DNA from: an uncultured virus (IMG/VR IMGVR_UViG_3300046328_001173)
Taxonomy: Duplodnaviria > Heunggongvirae > Uroviricota > Caudoviricetes
DNA: 64,000 nt
IMG/VR virus record: IMGVR_UViG_3300046328_001173
Strand: one strand, 5' to 3'
In this document: in pieces, positions 33,958 through 45,736 of the stretch
Position numbering within the stretch: the stretch's first letter is position 1
Layout: every line of letters begins with the position of its first letter
The notes under the pieces: model-generated
Database searches by the model: none
Seen by the model: the letters and a program-made list of their open reading frames with translations, nothing else
Told to the model about the DNA's origin: nothing
Translations under genes and position numbers: made by a program

Positions 33958-34056
33958 TATGATACCTAACAACTAATAACTAATTTGAGGTAGTTTGAGT
34001 CAGTTTAAACTAAATCTTAGTTGTTAGGTTTTTTTTCATTTTAATTAATAAACAAC

Positions 34057-34395
34057 ATAAAAGATTTCGGCAATTTTTATTGGAATGACAAATCTATTTA
34101 TTATGTAGAGAATAAGATTCTTTATTATAATAGATTTCAGAGAACTTACGAGTCCATAAAAAATTTACTTGATAATCTCTTGAAAACGAGTATTCGTGAA
34201 AAAAATATTAAAGCCAACACATTAGCTGAAATCATTTCTTATTACAAATCTCATAATCAATCTCGATATACTTTTGAAGGTATAGATTATACTCATAAAC
34301 CTTATGATTGGAATAATCGTAAAAATAGAGATTTGATTTCTTTTTATTTGTATTATCCTGAAGAAGATTGTTACAATAATTTTTTTAATAATTGA
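34057..34395 (+). pseudogene. Hypothetical gene with probable ATG>ATA start loss
   Basis: caacATA at 34057 opens a stop-free frame continuous with the 34180 ORF. Confidence 0.5.
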
Positions 34396-34851
34396 TGTTA
34401 TAATGTCTTAAAACAAATAAAACTATGACAGCAGAACAACAACACGTATTTAAATATCTCAAAGATTTTTTAACTAAAAATTACAAATATCTTTCTGAAT
34501 ATGCAAAAAGAGAGGAAATTACTAAAAAGCCTTATAAAAACAAAGAACAGTTAATAAAATTAATTGAATCTGATGTTTTTTATTTAGATTGGTATTTTAC
34601 AGAATGTTTACGTTGTCACGTAGATAAAAATATTCTAAAACAATTAGAAGTTTTTGAAGATCCTAATGAAGAATACACTGTTTATGAAATAAATAATAAA
34701 CTCATAAAAGTTTGGTTTGTTAATTTTGATGCTCAATATCAATTTGTTGAAACAAAAGATTTTGATAAAGAATTCTTAGAAGAAAGTTTACAATCTATTG
34801 TTGACAAACTAACAAAAGAAAATGAATTGTTAAAACTAAAATTATCTAAAT

Positions 34852-35286
34852 ATGAAAACAACTGAACAAAAATTGCTTTTGTTATTACAAATAGCTGCAA
34901 ATAATGGTTAGAAAGTCTCTAATACAACTTTATCTTTATGATTGAATTATCCTAATGATAAAGAATATACACCTTCTTTTACTAAAGATTTAAAATATTG
35001 TAAAGGTTGGGAATATCATTCTGTTGACAGTCTTGTTATTAATTGAAAACCTAATCAAGTTTCTTTTCTTGAATCTTTATGTAAAGCATTAGTAGATAAA
35101 GTAGAAATTTACAGAACTGAGTTTGAGAGTTATAAACTTTTGTTTGATTCTGGTAAAGAAGTTTGGATTAATTCCCCAAAAGATTTACATCCTAGTACAG
35201 TAAGAGAGTATTGGATTGATTTACCTTCTTCTAAAAGACTTAATTCATTATTTGAACTTTTTAAACTTTTAATAAATGAAAACTAA
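34852..35286 (+). pseudogene. MKT.E.K paralog with in-frame TAG and TGA
   Basis: Aligns to 35276 and 59058; TAG 34909, TGA 35044. Confidence 0.8.
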
Positions 35287-35641
35287 CGAACAAAAACTTT
35301 CTAGACTTTTGAGTCTTGCACGTAAAAATGGTTATAAAGGTTATAATTATTTTTTCTCTTCTCGTGAATATAAACCTAAAATTGATGTAAAAAAATGCGA
35401 AATTTCGTGGGAACAACCTAGTGGATATGATGATATATACATTATTATACCATTAAACGATGTTGTAACCAACTTTGAAGAAGATGAAGTATCATTTATT
35501 GAGGGTTTATGTAAAGCTTCTAAATTAGAAGATGTTATTAGCACACATCCTCAGTTTTATAGAACAATTTGGATAGAAAAACCAACTTCTCAACGTCTTT
35601 ATTGGTTGTTTGAAACATTTAAACATCTTTTAACAAAATAA
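35276..35641 (+). CDS. Hypothetical protein, MKT.E.K family
   Basis: ORF track; paralogy. Confidence 0.8.
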   Translation: MKTNEQKLSRLLSLARKNGYKGYNYFFSSREYKPKIDVKKCEISWEQPSGYDDIYIIIPLNDVVTNFEEDEVSFIEGLCKASKLEDVISTHPQFYRTIWIEKPTSQRLYWLFETFKHLLTK

Positions 35642-36733
35642 ATAATACCAAGAACTATTGAAGAGAAATCTTTGATAGTTCTTTTTTAATTTTAACTCAA
35701 ATAAAAATGGAAAATAGAAGAAAAGATATTGAAGCTTTGATTAATTTCAATGTAGAAGTTACACCTCTTCAAATATTGCTTATTATTAGTTATAAGATTT
35801 TAATTTATAAATATATTGCAATTAAAAGTGTTAGTACTTTTCATAAAGAAGCATTTATTGTAAAAGCTTCTATCTATACTCCAGCAGGTGTTTTACATAG
35901 AACTTGTTATGATAAAAGTACTTTTACTAGAGAAAGATCAACAGAACCTTATATTGTAGTTTAATCTGATTACTATGAAGAACAACATTAAACAAATAAT
36001 TTACGCTGTATATAAACATAATGATAAAAACTCTTTTATTTCTTACCATTTATCAAAAGATGTAGCACAGATAATAGTAGAAAAGCTTAACTCAATAGAA
36101 ATTGAGAAAGTTTTAACAATACGTAATCAAAATGAACAAATAGAAAAATTCTTGGTCTCTTATGAATACAAATTAGCAAATTATATCGAAAAAAGATATA
36201 AATCTACTTTATATAGATTGTTGAAGAAACATTCATTATTAGAGCTGAAAAACCAGTTTCCAGAACTTTATATTCAATATATAAAATATGGTAAATTGAA
36301 AGACAGATTAGTGAAATTGTTTAATGAAAAATTTGAAGTAGGTTATTATCTAGTGACAGATATAAGTAAAATTATTCCAGAATGGCTCTATTCGATAAAA
36401 GAAATTGAAGTTCAAGATTAATCCATTTTTAAATTTAACCCTTTTTATGAAATACAATAAATATAAAGTAAATCAAAACACAAGTGACGGTAAAAAACAT
36501 TTATTAGTTGTAATTGCTCTTTCAGAAGAACAAGCTAAAATGTTAGCTCCAGAAGATAATGAAAATCAATTTCTTGTTGAAGTAACTTTTGTTTGTTCTA
36601 CAGAAGAAAAAGAATGTAGAATAGTTGAAGCTCAATATTGTGTATAATTTTTTAGAAGTTGAAAATCTAATTTAACAGTTCAGGATAATCTAAAAATCCT
36701 AAATTTCAAATCATACATTTTTTCTCACACTAT

Positions 36734-36836
36734 CGTAGGAATATCAAACTATATTAGAATGTTCATTAAATAGAACAAACAAAGTAGCAAGGTGAATAAG
36801 TAGCAATACTTAGAGGTTCGAGTCCTTTTTCTACGA
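36734..36836 (+). ncRNA. tRNA-like RNA: acceptor + T-arm with rearranged interior
   Basis: CGTAGGA/TTCTACG-A-CAA; AGAGG-TTCGAGT-CCTTT; inner TGTTC/GAACA and AAGTA-GCAA-TACTT hairpins. Confidence 0.65.
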
Positions 36837-37035
36837 CAAAATTAATTTACTTTAAAAATCCTTCACAATAATATTTTAATATACTATACCCGTTGATTTG
36901 ACGGTTTTGTTATGTTGAAATATTATAGTATTTTCTTGATAATTTGTATCAATGAGATTAAAATAGTGTTTTAAATTTACTGATTTCAATCAAAAATAAA
37001 ATTAATCTTTAACCAAATCTCAATAATTTTAAATT

Positions 37036-37350
37036 ATGACAAACCTAATAAAACTACAAAGATAGTATTCTTCTCAATGTGACGGTGATTGGGAACATTC
37101 TTATGGTATTAAAATCGATACATTAAACAATTCAAGTTGGAGTATTATGATAGATTTAACTAATACTAAATATGAAAATCTAAAAATTAAATCTGTAGCT
37201 TATTTTAATAAAGAAGATGTTGAAAAAATTGACTGGTATGGTTATGCAATAGAAAATAATAAATTTATTGCTTGTGGAGATTCTAATAAACTAGATATGT
37301 TGATTGGAGTGTTCTTAAATATTGTTGAACCAAATAAATTAAAGTTTTAA
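37036..37350 (+). pseudogene. Imm53-family immunity protein, disrupted
   Basis: LQR*YSSQCDGDWEHSYGIKIDTLNNSSW..IDL; TAG 37063 at the conserved Trp. Confidence 0.8.
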
Positions 37351-37373
37351 AATCTATTTAACTCCTTTTTAAA

Positions 37374-37696
37374 ATGCCAAACAATAACTTTCCATTAAAA
37401 TCATTATCTGAATTAGAAAACAAACACTTTGGTCTTCCAGAAACCTCAGAAAGAATTGAATATGAGGAAGGTTATCAAAAAGAAGTTAAATCAAGTAAGT
37501 CTAACTTGAAATACAAAAAAAAGATTCAATTATTAAAACATCTTTTGGTAGTCTATCAATAGTAGCACCAATAGTTGAAGTGATTAATCAAACTGATACA
37601 GAAGTTACTCTAAAAGGAGAACAAATATTTGGTATCACAGGTATCACTACAATTTCATTAGAAAAGTTTAATGAAAATTATGAAGTTGTAAAATAA
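37374..37696 (+). pseudogene. Frameshifted hypothetical gene
   Basis: A second frame continues from ~37505 to TAA 37694-37696. Confidence 0.5.
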
Positions 37697-38236
37697 CAAT
37701 AAGTAATTTAATGTTTCATAAACAATTTAATATTTAACGGTATTAGGTTGTTTTTTGTGTTTTAAATCAAATCAATTATGAAAAAATATAGAATAAAAAC
37801 ACCTTTGTTTAGAATATTCATTGATGGTGTTGAAGATATTGTAAACGAATATACTTTTTTCAATTTGAAATTAATGGTAGCTAAAAAGATAATCAAACCT
37901 TTTAGTTTTGAAATAAAAAATGGTATACAAACTATCGAAGAAGATGGAAGACTACCTACTGATATTGAACCAATTGATTTAAATGGTAGAGAATCAATGA
38001 AATTAATATCACATTTTATTAGGCAGTTGTGGAAACTAGATATGGAGTAAAATAATGAGATAACACAATGGTTAGTGTAAGACTTTTATACAATTAGTTG
38101 GATAGAAGGCAAATTTTTTCAATATATTTATGCGCATAAAGATAAGTATGCAAAACATATAAGATTTACTGGCGATAAAGCTGACTATTGGCTGTTAAAT
38201 GAAATTTTAATTGATTCTTTTTATATAGATTGAAAA

Positions 38237-38569
38237 ATGTCACTTATTTCTAATATACCGATTAATTTTTCAGCTTCTTATTATAAACCAGAGTACATAG
38301 AAACTTTAACTGTTACTTTATTTGAAGGAACTATGTAGTATTCTATATTTTCAATTGATTTGTTTCCTGAATTACATCATTTAGCTTTTTTAGTACCTAA
38401 TTTAGAATTACTTACTTCTAATGCAATAGATGAAACAAGCTATCTTTATAAAGTAACTAAAACTCAAAAATCTATGTGGTTTAACAATGGTTGGAGAAGT
38501 ATTGATAAAAATTTTGATGATTTTATTGGACTAACTCCAGAAGAACGTTATCAAAAAATTATGAGATAA
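38237..38569 (+). pseudogene. Hypothetical gene with in-frame TAG
   Basis: ATG 38237, TAG 38336, same frame as the 38360 ORF. Confidence 0.6.
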
Positions 38570-38657
38570 AAATCTTCGTTTATTTAAAATTCTATTAGAC
38601 TTATTGACTTTGTTGATAAGTTTTCTTAATATTTTTAAACTTTAATTCAATAAAACT

Positions 38658-39257
38658 ACGAGAAAATATTTAGTTTAAACTGTTGTATCTGAAAGTGAAT
38701 ATGGAGACCACTGTACTGATGGTTTTCATATTCTTGGTGAAGTTTCTTTTGAGGATAATTCTATTCTTGAGAAACTAAATCAATATCCCTCTTATTTAGA
38801 AAAACATCCTGAATCAATAGGGCTGTGTAACTTATTTTATTTAAACGAAGATTATTACGACAAAAAACATTTACGTATAGATTCTTTCATAAAAAAACAC
38901 AAGAATCTTTTTTCTAAAGATGTTTTTGATTTTGCTGTGGATTGGTGGAATAAGATTAAACTTCTAAACAAATCTTATACATTTTCTTCTATTGTTGAAG
39001 GTTATTTAAAAGAAAGGGTAGTTTCACAATTTATAGAAACTATCTTAAGAAAAAAAGTAATGAAAGAAATAATAGGTTTTATTAGAAAGTACAATATTGT
39101 TACAAAGAGGTATTGGAATATTCGTAAAGCTATTCTAATAAAAAACTATCCTGCTTTTCAATATCCAGAAGTAGAATGTTTTATTAATACTTATGTTAAA
39201 ATCAATTCTGAAACTAAATTTGATTCTATGGAAGTAGATTTAAAATTGCTTTATTAG
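38658..39257 (+). pseudogene. Hypothetical gene with ACG start and early TAA
   Basis: Frame from 38658 (TAA 38676) is continuous with the 38937 ORF. Confidence 0.5.
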
Positions 39258-40410
39258 TTTTTACATTGTATAATTAAAAGTATGAAAAATAATAAAAACT
39301 GTGTTTGGGTAGCTTCTTTAAAAGGAGCTATAGGAATTTTACTCAGTCCTTTGATGTTTGAAGTAGGGCATTATATAGATACTAGGTGGATTACTAAGTC
39401 TCGTTTCTTGTCAAAGAAAGAAGCTAGAGATTATGTTGATTTAATACAACCTACTATAGGCAGAGAATTGAAGATTATTAAAAGAAGTGCTGTAGTTTCT
39501 ATTAATAACGTTAATCATTATTTTAATAGTCCTTTGAAAATTCTTGATAAGTTAGGAATTATAATTGGAGATGAATTAAATAAGCCTGTCTATTTTGACT
39601 TAGATACTAAAAACAATTTAAAACATTTTTTAGATGTACTTCAACATAATAACATTTCTGTTAAATACGTTATTTAAATCGTTTTATGGCAAATATAGAA
39701 TTGTTTCAATTACTTAGAACTAAACAAGATTTAAGTAATTTGCATTTTGGTGATGCTAAAGATTAAATGTAGAAGTATTGTTTTTTTTCTTGGTAAATTT
39801 ACTGATAGTAAAGATAAAAATTACGATTTAGGTGTACACATATTCGATACTGTTAAGATTTCAGCAGCTGTTGTTTATGAAAACGTAAATAGTAATTATA
39901 AATCAGGTTTACTAAGAGATTTTAAAGGTAAAGTTATAGGCTACACTAACTCACCTTTTGAATACTATATAGAAACCATTAAACGTTGTAAAAAAGTAAA
40001 TTTACTATGAAACTAGCACTTCTTTCATTGTTAGATTCTACTAATAGTAATACAGAGTTTGCAAATGCTTGTAAATGTGTGTTTAATGCTTTTTCGAAAA
40101 TACTTCTTCTATGATTGCTATTGTGTATGCAAAAAATGCAAAAGAAGCTAGAACTATTTTTAACAGAAAGATAGAAGGTAAAATTCTTACTTCAAGAAGG
40201 CTGTCTGTGTATACTGCTAAATAAATTATTATTACATAACCCTTAATTATAAGAAGGGTTATCACCTATATCAAAGCAAATTCCTTTTCGTGGTGATGTA
40301 GATAAAGTACCTCTTAATGTTTTTATTGATTGAGGGAAAACTAACTATTTGCAAAAATAAATATTGAGTAACTTAATTTAATATAATTTAAAACTTAAAA
40401 TTTTAATGTT

Positions 40411-41730
40411 ATGGCATCTCAAAAATCATTTTCAGATCTTTCTCAATTAGTTGCAGTTGATTTTGTAACAACATCAATTCCTAATATTAAAGTTATTAAT
40501 AAAGATAATAAAAATATTCCTATTGAATCTTCTTTTGCTGACTCAATACTAAAAATTGTTTCAGTTTTAGAAAGAAGTGAAAGCTTTACTCATTCTGAAA
40601 TTGTAAATTTTTTAGATAAATTGCAAGAATTTACTCAATTATCTAAAATTGCAATACAACATTCTAAAGAAGAAAGTATTGAAAAAGCTTTTGCTCAAGA
40701 AGTGGTCAATGACGCAACTGCTGTTGATGAATTTGTTCAACAGTATTCAGAAGAAACTACTCTTGATAATTTACTCACAGAAATTGAAAGTTATCTTCAA
40801 ACATCACAGTCTGTTGAATTATCAAATTTAGTTGCTGAAATACAATATAACAAAGAAGAAGTTGATTTTGATACTTTAAACAATATTGAAAGACTTTCTA
40901 TTGCTTTTAATGCAACTAAACAAAAAGATTTTGAAGCAATTTTTATTCGCAATAAAATTCAAGAATCTTTCAATCAATTTGAAGAAAAAAAGTCTTTCTA
41001 TTTAAAAAATGTTTCTAGTGAAGAATTAGAAGAGTTTCAAAGACAAATTCTTGATGGAGTAGAGTTTGTTGAAGTAGACTCTAAAATCAATTCATTGATT
41101 GTTTCAAATAAAGTTAAACAAAATCTAATTAATACTGTAAATGAACTCAAACAATCTGAATTAAATCTTATTATTAAAGATTTTACAGATGTAAATGAAA
41201 CAACAGTGTTAAATTGGTTAATGTTTTATTTTTCTTTTAAAAAGTTAGACAGTTCTATTCAAGAGAACAAGCTCTATATGTCTGGTATCTCTAAAGGTGT
41301 CTACTCATTACAAGAAGTTTTATATCTTTTAAAACCAGTTAAAGAAGAAATTAAAGAAGTAAGCAATAGTTCAACATCAACCTTTTCAAAAGATTCTGAT
41401 TATGTTATGTTAGTATCTAAAGAAACAATCTTATCTTGGGAGGAAACTAAAACATTTCCAGAAACAATACAAAACAAATCTAATTTTTTGGTTAAAATTG
41501 CTACAAGTAAAAGAACTAGTAAAAACATTTTTACAGAAAATTGTAAGTTTCATACTCACGTTGGTATTGTTTGTAATTCTATTACAGCAGAATCAATTAA
41601 AGATGTTTCTATTACATTTTTAAGTGTAGAAAAAAGTAAAAATGTTGATTATAGACAAGTTTCTATTGATTTGTCTAAAAAATCAAGCAATAGTTATGTT
41701 ATAGGTATTTTTGATTTAAAAAATCGATAA
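40411..41730 (+). CDS. Hypothetical acidic coiled-coil protein, 439 aa
   Basis: Long ORF. Confidence 0.85.
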   Translation: MASQKSFSDLSQLVAVDFVTTSIPNIKVINKDNKNIPIESSFADSILKIVSVLERSESFTHSEIVNFLDKLQEFTQLSKIAIQHSKEESIEKAFAQEVVNDATAVDEFVQQYSEETTLDNLLTEIESYLQTSQSVELSNLVAEIQYNKEEVDFDTLNNIERLSIAFNATKQKDFEAIFIRNKIQESFNQFEEKKSFYLKNVSSEELEEFQRQILDGVEFVEVDSKINSLIVSNKVKQNLINTVNELKQSELNLIIKDFTDVNETTVLNWLMFYFSFKKLDSSIQENKLYMSGISKGVYSLQEVLYLLKPVKEEIKEVSNSSTSTFSKDSDYVMLVSKETILSWEETKTFPETIQNKSNFLVKIATSKRTSKNIFTENCKFHTHVGIVCNSITAESIKDVSITFLSVEKSKNVDYRQVSIDLSKKSSNSYVIGIFDLKNR

Positions 41731-41797
41731 TACTTTCTGTAACATTTGATAGTACACAGTAATTTATTAATAATTCACCAAAAGAACTTCTTATGAT

Positions 41798-42790
41798 ATG
41801 GTTAGAAGTATTTTAAACTCAATCATTAATTTTAATAAAATGAATAATCAAGCAGAATTAGGTATCAATTCTAATGTTTCACCAAAAGTTGTTGAAAAAG
41901 CTAATGACTTTAATAAACTTAGAAAAAAATATAAGTCAAGAGGTATTATTTTAACACAAGACGCTTATTTTGAAGCTTATAAACAAATATGCTCAGGAAA
42001 AATTACTTTGATTGATTTCGAAAGAACTCTCAGTAGAGAATATGATGAATATCAATTTGAAGTTCATAAAGAAGAATTTGCTAAATATTATAGCGATTCT
42101 AAAATGTCTGATTTAACAAAAGGTTTTCGTTTAGGTACTTTGAATTACAAATCTGTAAAAACTGCTTTTAATGCTTTTGTAGTTAAAAAAAGATTGTTAG
42201 AAGTTCAAGTTCAAACTTTACAAATTATTGTTTCAGAACCTGTAATAAAAGCATTAGGAAATTCTTTAAAATTACATCCTACTGACCCAAAAGAATCAAT
42301 CAAATCTGTATTGCCTTCGTACCTTAAATTAAAAGGAATACAAAATTACAATCTTGCTGATTATGAAGATGTTATAAACGGAGAAATTTCTTTAATAGAG
42401 AAATTATCACCTAAGAATTACTTAATATTACTTTCCATTAGAAATCTTAGATGGAGAGGTAATTTACGTAGAGCTTATTTAAATTCTTCTTTAACGGAAA
42501 ACACTTACACTCAAATACAAGAGTTTTTACGACAAGATAAGGGATTGATTAGCACAACAGATAAGTTTTCTGTTACATATAAACCAGCAACTAAACCTAC
42601 ACATCTTTTATTATTGGTTAATGAAAGAGATAAATCTATTTTAGAATCCGAGTGTGATTTTAAAGAAGTTGTATCTAAATCTGTTTCTTTCTCATTAAAA
42701 GAAAAAACTAATGCTTGTAGAATACTTCTTAAAGAAAAATTTGCTATTAATTATAGTTATATTTCTTTCTTAGAAGTTAAATACAATTAA
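41798..42790 (+). CDS. Hypothetical protein (start possibly ATG 41840)
   Basis: Long ORF. Confidence 0.85.
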   Translation: MVRSILNSIINFNKMNNQAELGINSNVSPKVVEKANDFNKLRKKYKSRGIILTQDAYFEAYKQICSGKITLIDFERTLSREYDEYQFEVHKEEFAKYYSDSKMSDLTKGFRLGTLNYKSVKTAFNAFVVKKRLLEVQVQTLQIIVSEPVIKALGNSLKLHPTDPKESIKSVLPSYLKLKGIQNYNLADYEDVINGEISLIEKLSPKNYLILLSIRNLRWRGNLRRAYLNSSLTENTYTQIQEFLRQDKGLISTTDKFSVTYKPATKPTHLLLLVNERDKSILESECDFKEVVSKSVSFSLKEKTNACRILLKEKFAINYSYISFLEVKYN

Positions 42791-42811
42791 AACCAATATT
42801 AAATTATTTAT

Positions 42812-42934
42812 GTAGTAAATGTCGAGTTGGAACGGCAGGAACGGCTAAAGCGAAGGCAACACTATGCTAAGACTGGACGAATATTGGTCTGTTGCTATTC
42901 AATATTCTCGTGAGTTCGAGTCTCACTTACTACA
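42812..42934 (+). ncRNA. Type-II-tRNA-like RNA with the anticodon arm replaced by an insert
   Basis: GTAGTAA/TTACTAC-A; GTC-GAGTTGGAAC-GGC D-arm; GAATATTG/CAATATTC arm; GTGAG-TTCGAGT-CTCAC. Confidence 0.75.
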
Positions 42935-44223
42935 TAAATAATTTTTAAATTTATTTATTTTTTATCACTTAAATCAAAAATATATGACACCAATTCAATT
43001 TATTTCCTTACAAGGAATGATAGAAAAAGGCAGATTAGAAATGGGAACTAATGTAGCACTAAAAAATAGGTCCGCTTCTGTGTTTCCTTCTATGAGTGAA
43101 AAAGAGTTGATTAATAGTATGACTATTAAACTCAATAGTTTGAAGAAAATTCTTTCTAGAACTGAGATTAATGAAGATACTTATCTTACTTGTTTAATTT
43201 CATTTATAGACTCGGTAGGAGTTCTTAAATCTTCAAAAGAAATTTTAAAACAGTTTTTTAATTATTCTACAATAAGTAACAAAATTTATCAAAATTGGTT
43301 ACTTAAAATAGAATTAGAAAAAGAAGAAGAAAAGAAACTTCAAGACGTAAATTAGAGTCAAATTAACTAAATAGGTTAAATTAACAACCTATTTAGTTTT
43401 TTATTATTTGAACAATATAAAAACCATACATAATATGAAATTATTTAAAACAAAATCAGATTTTAGTGGTTATTTTGATAAAGTAGTAACAAAATACTAT
43501 ATTTCTACTAAATCGGGTAAAGAACTTGAAGTATCAAAAGAAGATGCTGAATATAGTAAAGAAGTAACAAGTAAAGAATACTCTCGAACATTAAAAAATA
43601 AAGAATTTTTAGAGTATATTAAATTAACTGTTATTAGATATAAAGAAAATAAAAGATATTTTCTTGAATTATTGACTTCAAAAGAATATATAAATGAATA
43701 TGAAGCTTTTAAAGCATTGTGTAAACAAAGTAAAATAAATCCTTTTAAAACATTTCCTGCTATTGTAAAACAATATTCTGGATTGAATCATAGATTAAAT
43801 AAAGCTTACAGAAATTGGTTAAATGGTGTTTGGAAAGATTGTAATGATGAAAAAGAAATAGTTGAATATATTGAAGATTGTTTAAATATCAAATAGAAAA
43901 TTTAATATTTATGTATAAAATAATCAGTCCAAAAGAAATAGTAGATAATTTTGATGAAGATCAATATATTACTCTACAAAATTTAGTTGATACAGCAACA
44001 AAACATAATATAGACTTTACAAAGTGTAAAATTATGTCATTAAATATTCCACAAGAACTAATTGATAATGGAAGTATTCTTGTTACAGAACAAAATACAG
44101 GAGATTTACATGAAATAGAATTGTACAATTCTTTAAATGAAATTGTTGTTATTGACAATAATATTTATTTAACTATATAATAATTTAAACTCTTAAACTT
44201 TTAAACTTTTAAACTTTAATATT

Positions 44224-44622
44224 ATGGGAGCAGATGGCGGAATTATAATTTATAAATTTAAAGATGTGTGTGAAAAATGGGAAGAGGTAAAACAAAAATT
44301 ACACATATTATTTTCTACTGAAGTTAAAGAAGAAAAAGAAAGATACAATCATTTTACAAAAACTTATTGTCTCACAAAAGAAAAAAATGAATCGTATAAC
44401 CTTGAAAAAGCTAATAAAATTAAAGAATATGATATTCAAGATAAAACTTGTAAATAGTTTTGTACTTGGTTACATACATTAGAATCAAGTTGTGATTCAC
44501 CTTATTGCCTTGAAGATTATATTTTAATGGCTTATGGGGATAATATATGGCGCAAATTTGAAAATTTTGAAAATTGTTTTTTTAATGTTCTTAAATATGA
44601 ACAAATAGAAACTTGAACTTAA
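44224..44622 (+). pseudogene. Hypothetical gene with in-frame TAG and TGA
   Basis: Frame continues after TAG 44455 to ...EQIET*T* (TGA 44614). Confidence 0.65.
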
Positions 44623-44874
44623 TTTAAAACCCTTATTAAAATTATGGAAAAATTAATTGATTGGTCAATAAGATCTTTATCTAGTAGATTTGATTCTTGT
44701 GTAGTTGTTAAAAATGCATTAGGGGTACTTAACTATATGTCACAAGAGTTTTATAATACAGGTTTTACTAATAAAATATTGTTTAGAGGAACTGATGAAG
44801 AATGTAAAAAATTCTGTGAAGATTCTGAAAATAATATTATAAAAGAATAGTTCAAACACAAACTCTTTAATTCA

Positions 44875-45219
44875 ATGAATATAAAAACTCCTTATGGTTT
44901 AACTATTATTAATAGTTTGCCACTAACTGATTTAATAAACTATAAAAACCATAAAAGACTTCGTGTTTTCTTCCATAAAGGTTGTAGCTGTATTAAATGT
45001 GGTATAACTAGAACTCAAATTGGTGTTGGAGTAGATTTTGACGGTAATAAACACTTAGATATTTATACAGATAATTTTAAGATGATTAATATTGATCATA
45101 CTCTACCTAAATCAAGAGAAGGCAATAGTTCATTGGAAAATCTTGAACCAATGTGTCATGAGTGTAATAGTATTAAAAGAAATAAATTAGATGAAGATTG
45201 GGAAGACACTACTATCTAA
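44875..45219 (+). CDS. HNH endonuclease
   Basis: CxxC ... IDHTLPKS.EG......NLEPMCHECN..K. Confidence 0.85.
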   Translation: MNIKTPYGLTIINSLPLTDLINYKNHKRLRVFFHKGCSCIKCGITRTQIGVGVDFDGNKHLDIYTDNFKMINIDHTLPKSREGNSSLENLEPMCHECNSIKRNKLDEDWEDTTI

Positions 45220-45454
45220 TCTAAAAATTTATCCTCAATGGAAGGCTGTAGATTTATTTATCATTGTCTTGATATTGGTATTTCTATAATAGGTTTAGAA
45301 GTATATAACAAAGATGGAAAATACTTAGGTATTATCTCTGAGTTATGTGAAAATTTTAGACATAATAATAGTTTGTCTATTAAAGTACAAGACAATGATA
45401 CTTCTATATATTATGTTGGAAGTGTTTATGTTAAATTAAATTAACTAAATGATT

Positions 45455-45715
45455 ATGAAAACAATTAAACGAAGATTTCAACAATTTCCCATCTATTACA
45501 AAAATTCTTTGTTACCAGTTGGATTTTAAGGGGTTCTTTCTTTTGATAATTATGGTAGATGGACTATATTTGTTCACGAAACTCATTTTGCTACATCTAA
45601 GATAATAACCATGCCAGATGATTTAGATTATGGTAGATGTATTAAAGAAGCTTTTGAAGAATTGTCTGATTTTGTTTGGGATAACAATAAATTTGTAATT
45701 AAATTTTTAGAATAG
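45455..45715 (+). pseudogene. Hypothetical gene with in-frame TAA
   Basis: ATG 45455, TAA 45527, frame open to TAG 45713. Confidence 0.6.
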
Positions 45716-45736
45716 TAAAGTTAAACCAATACATTT

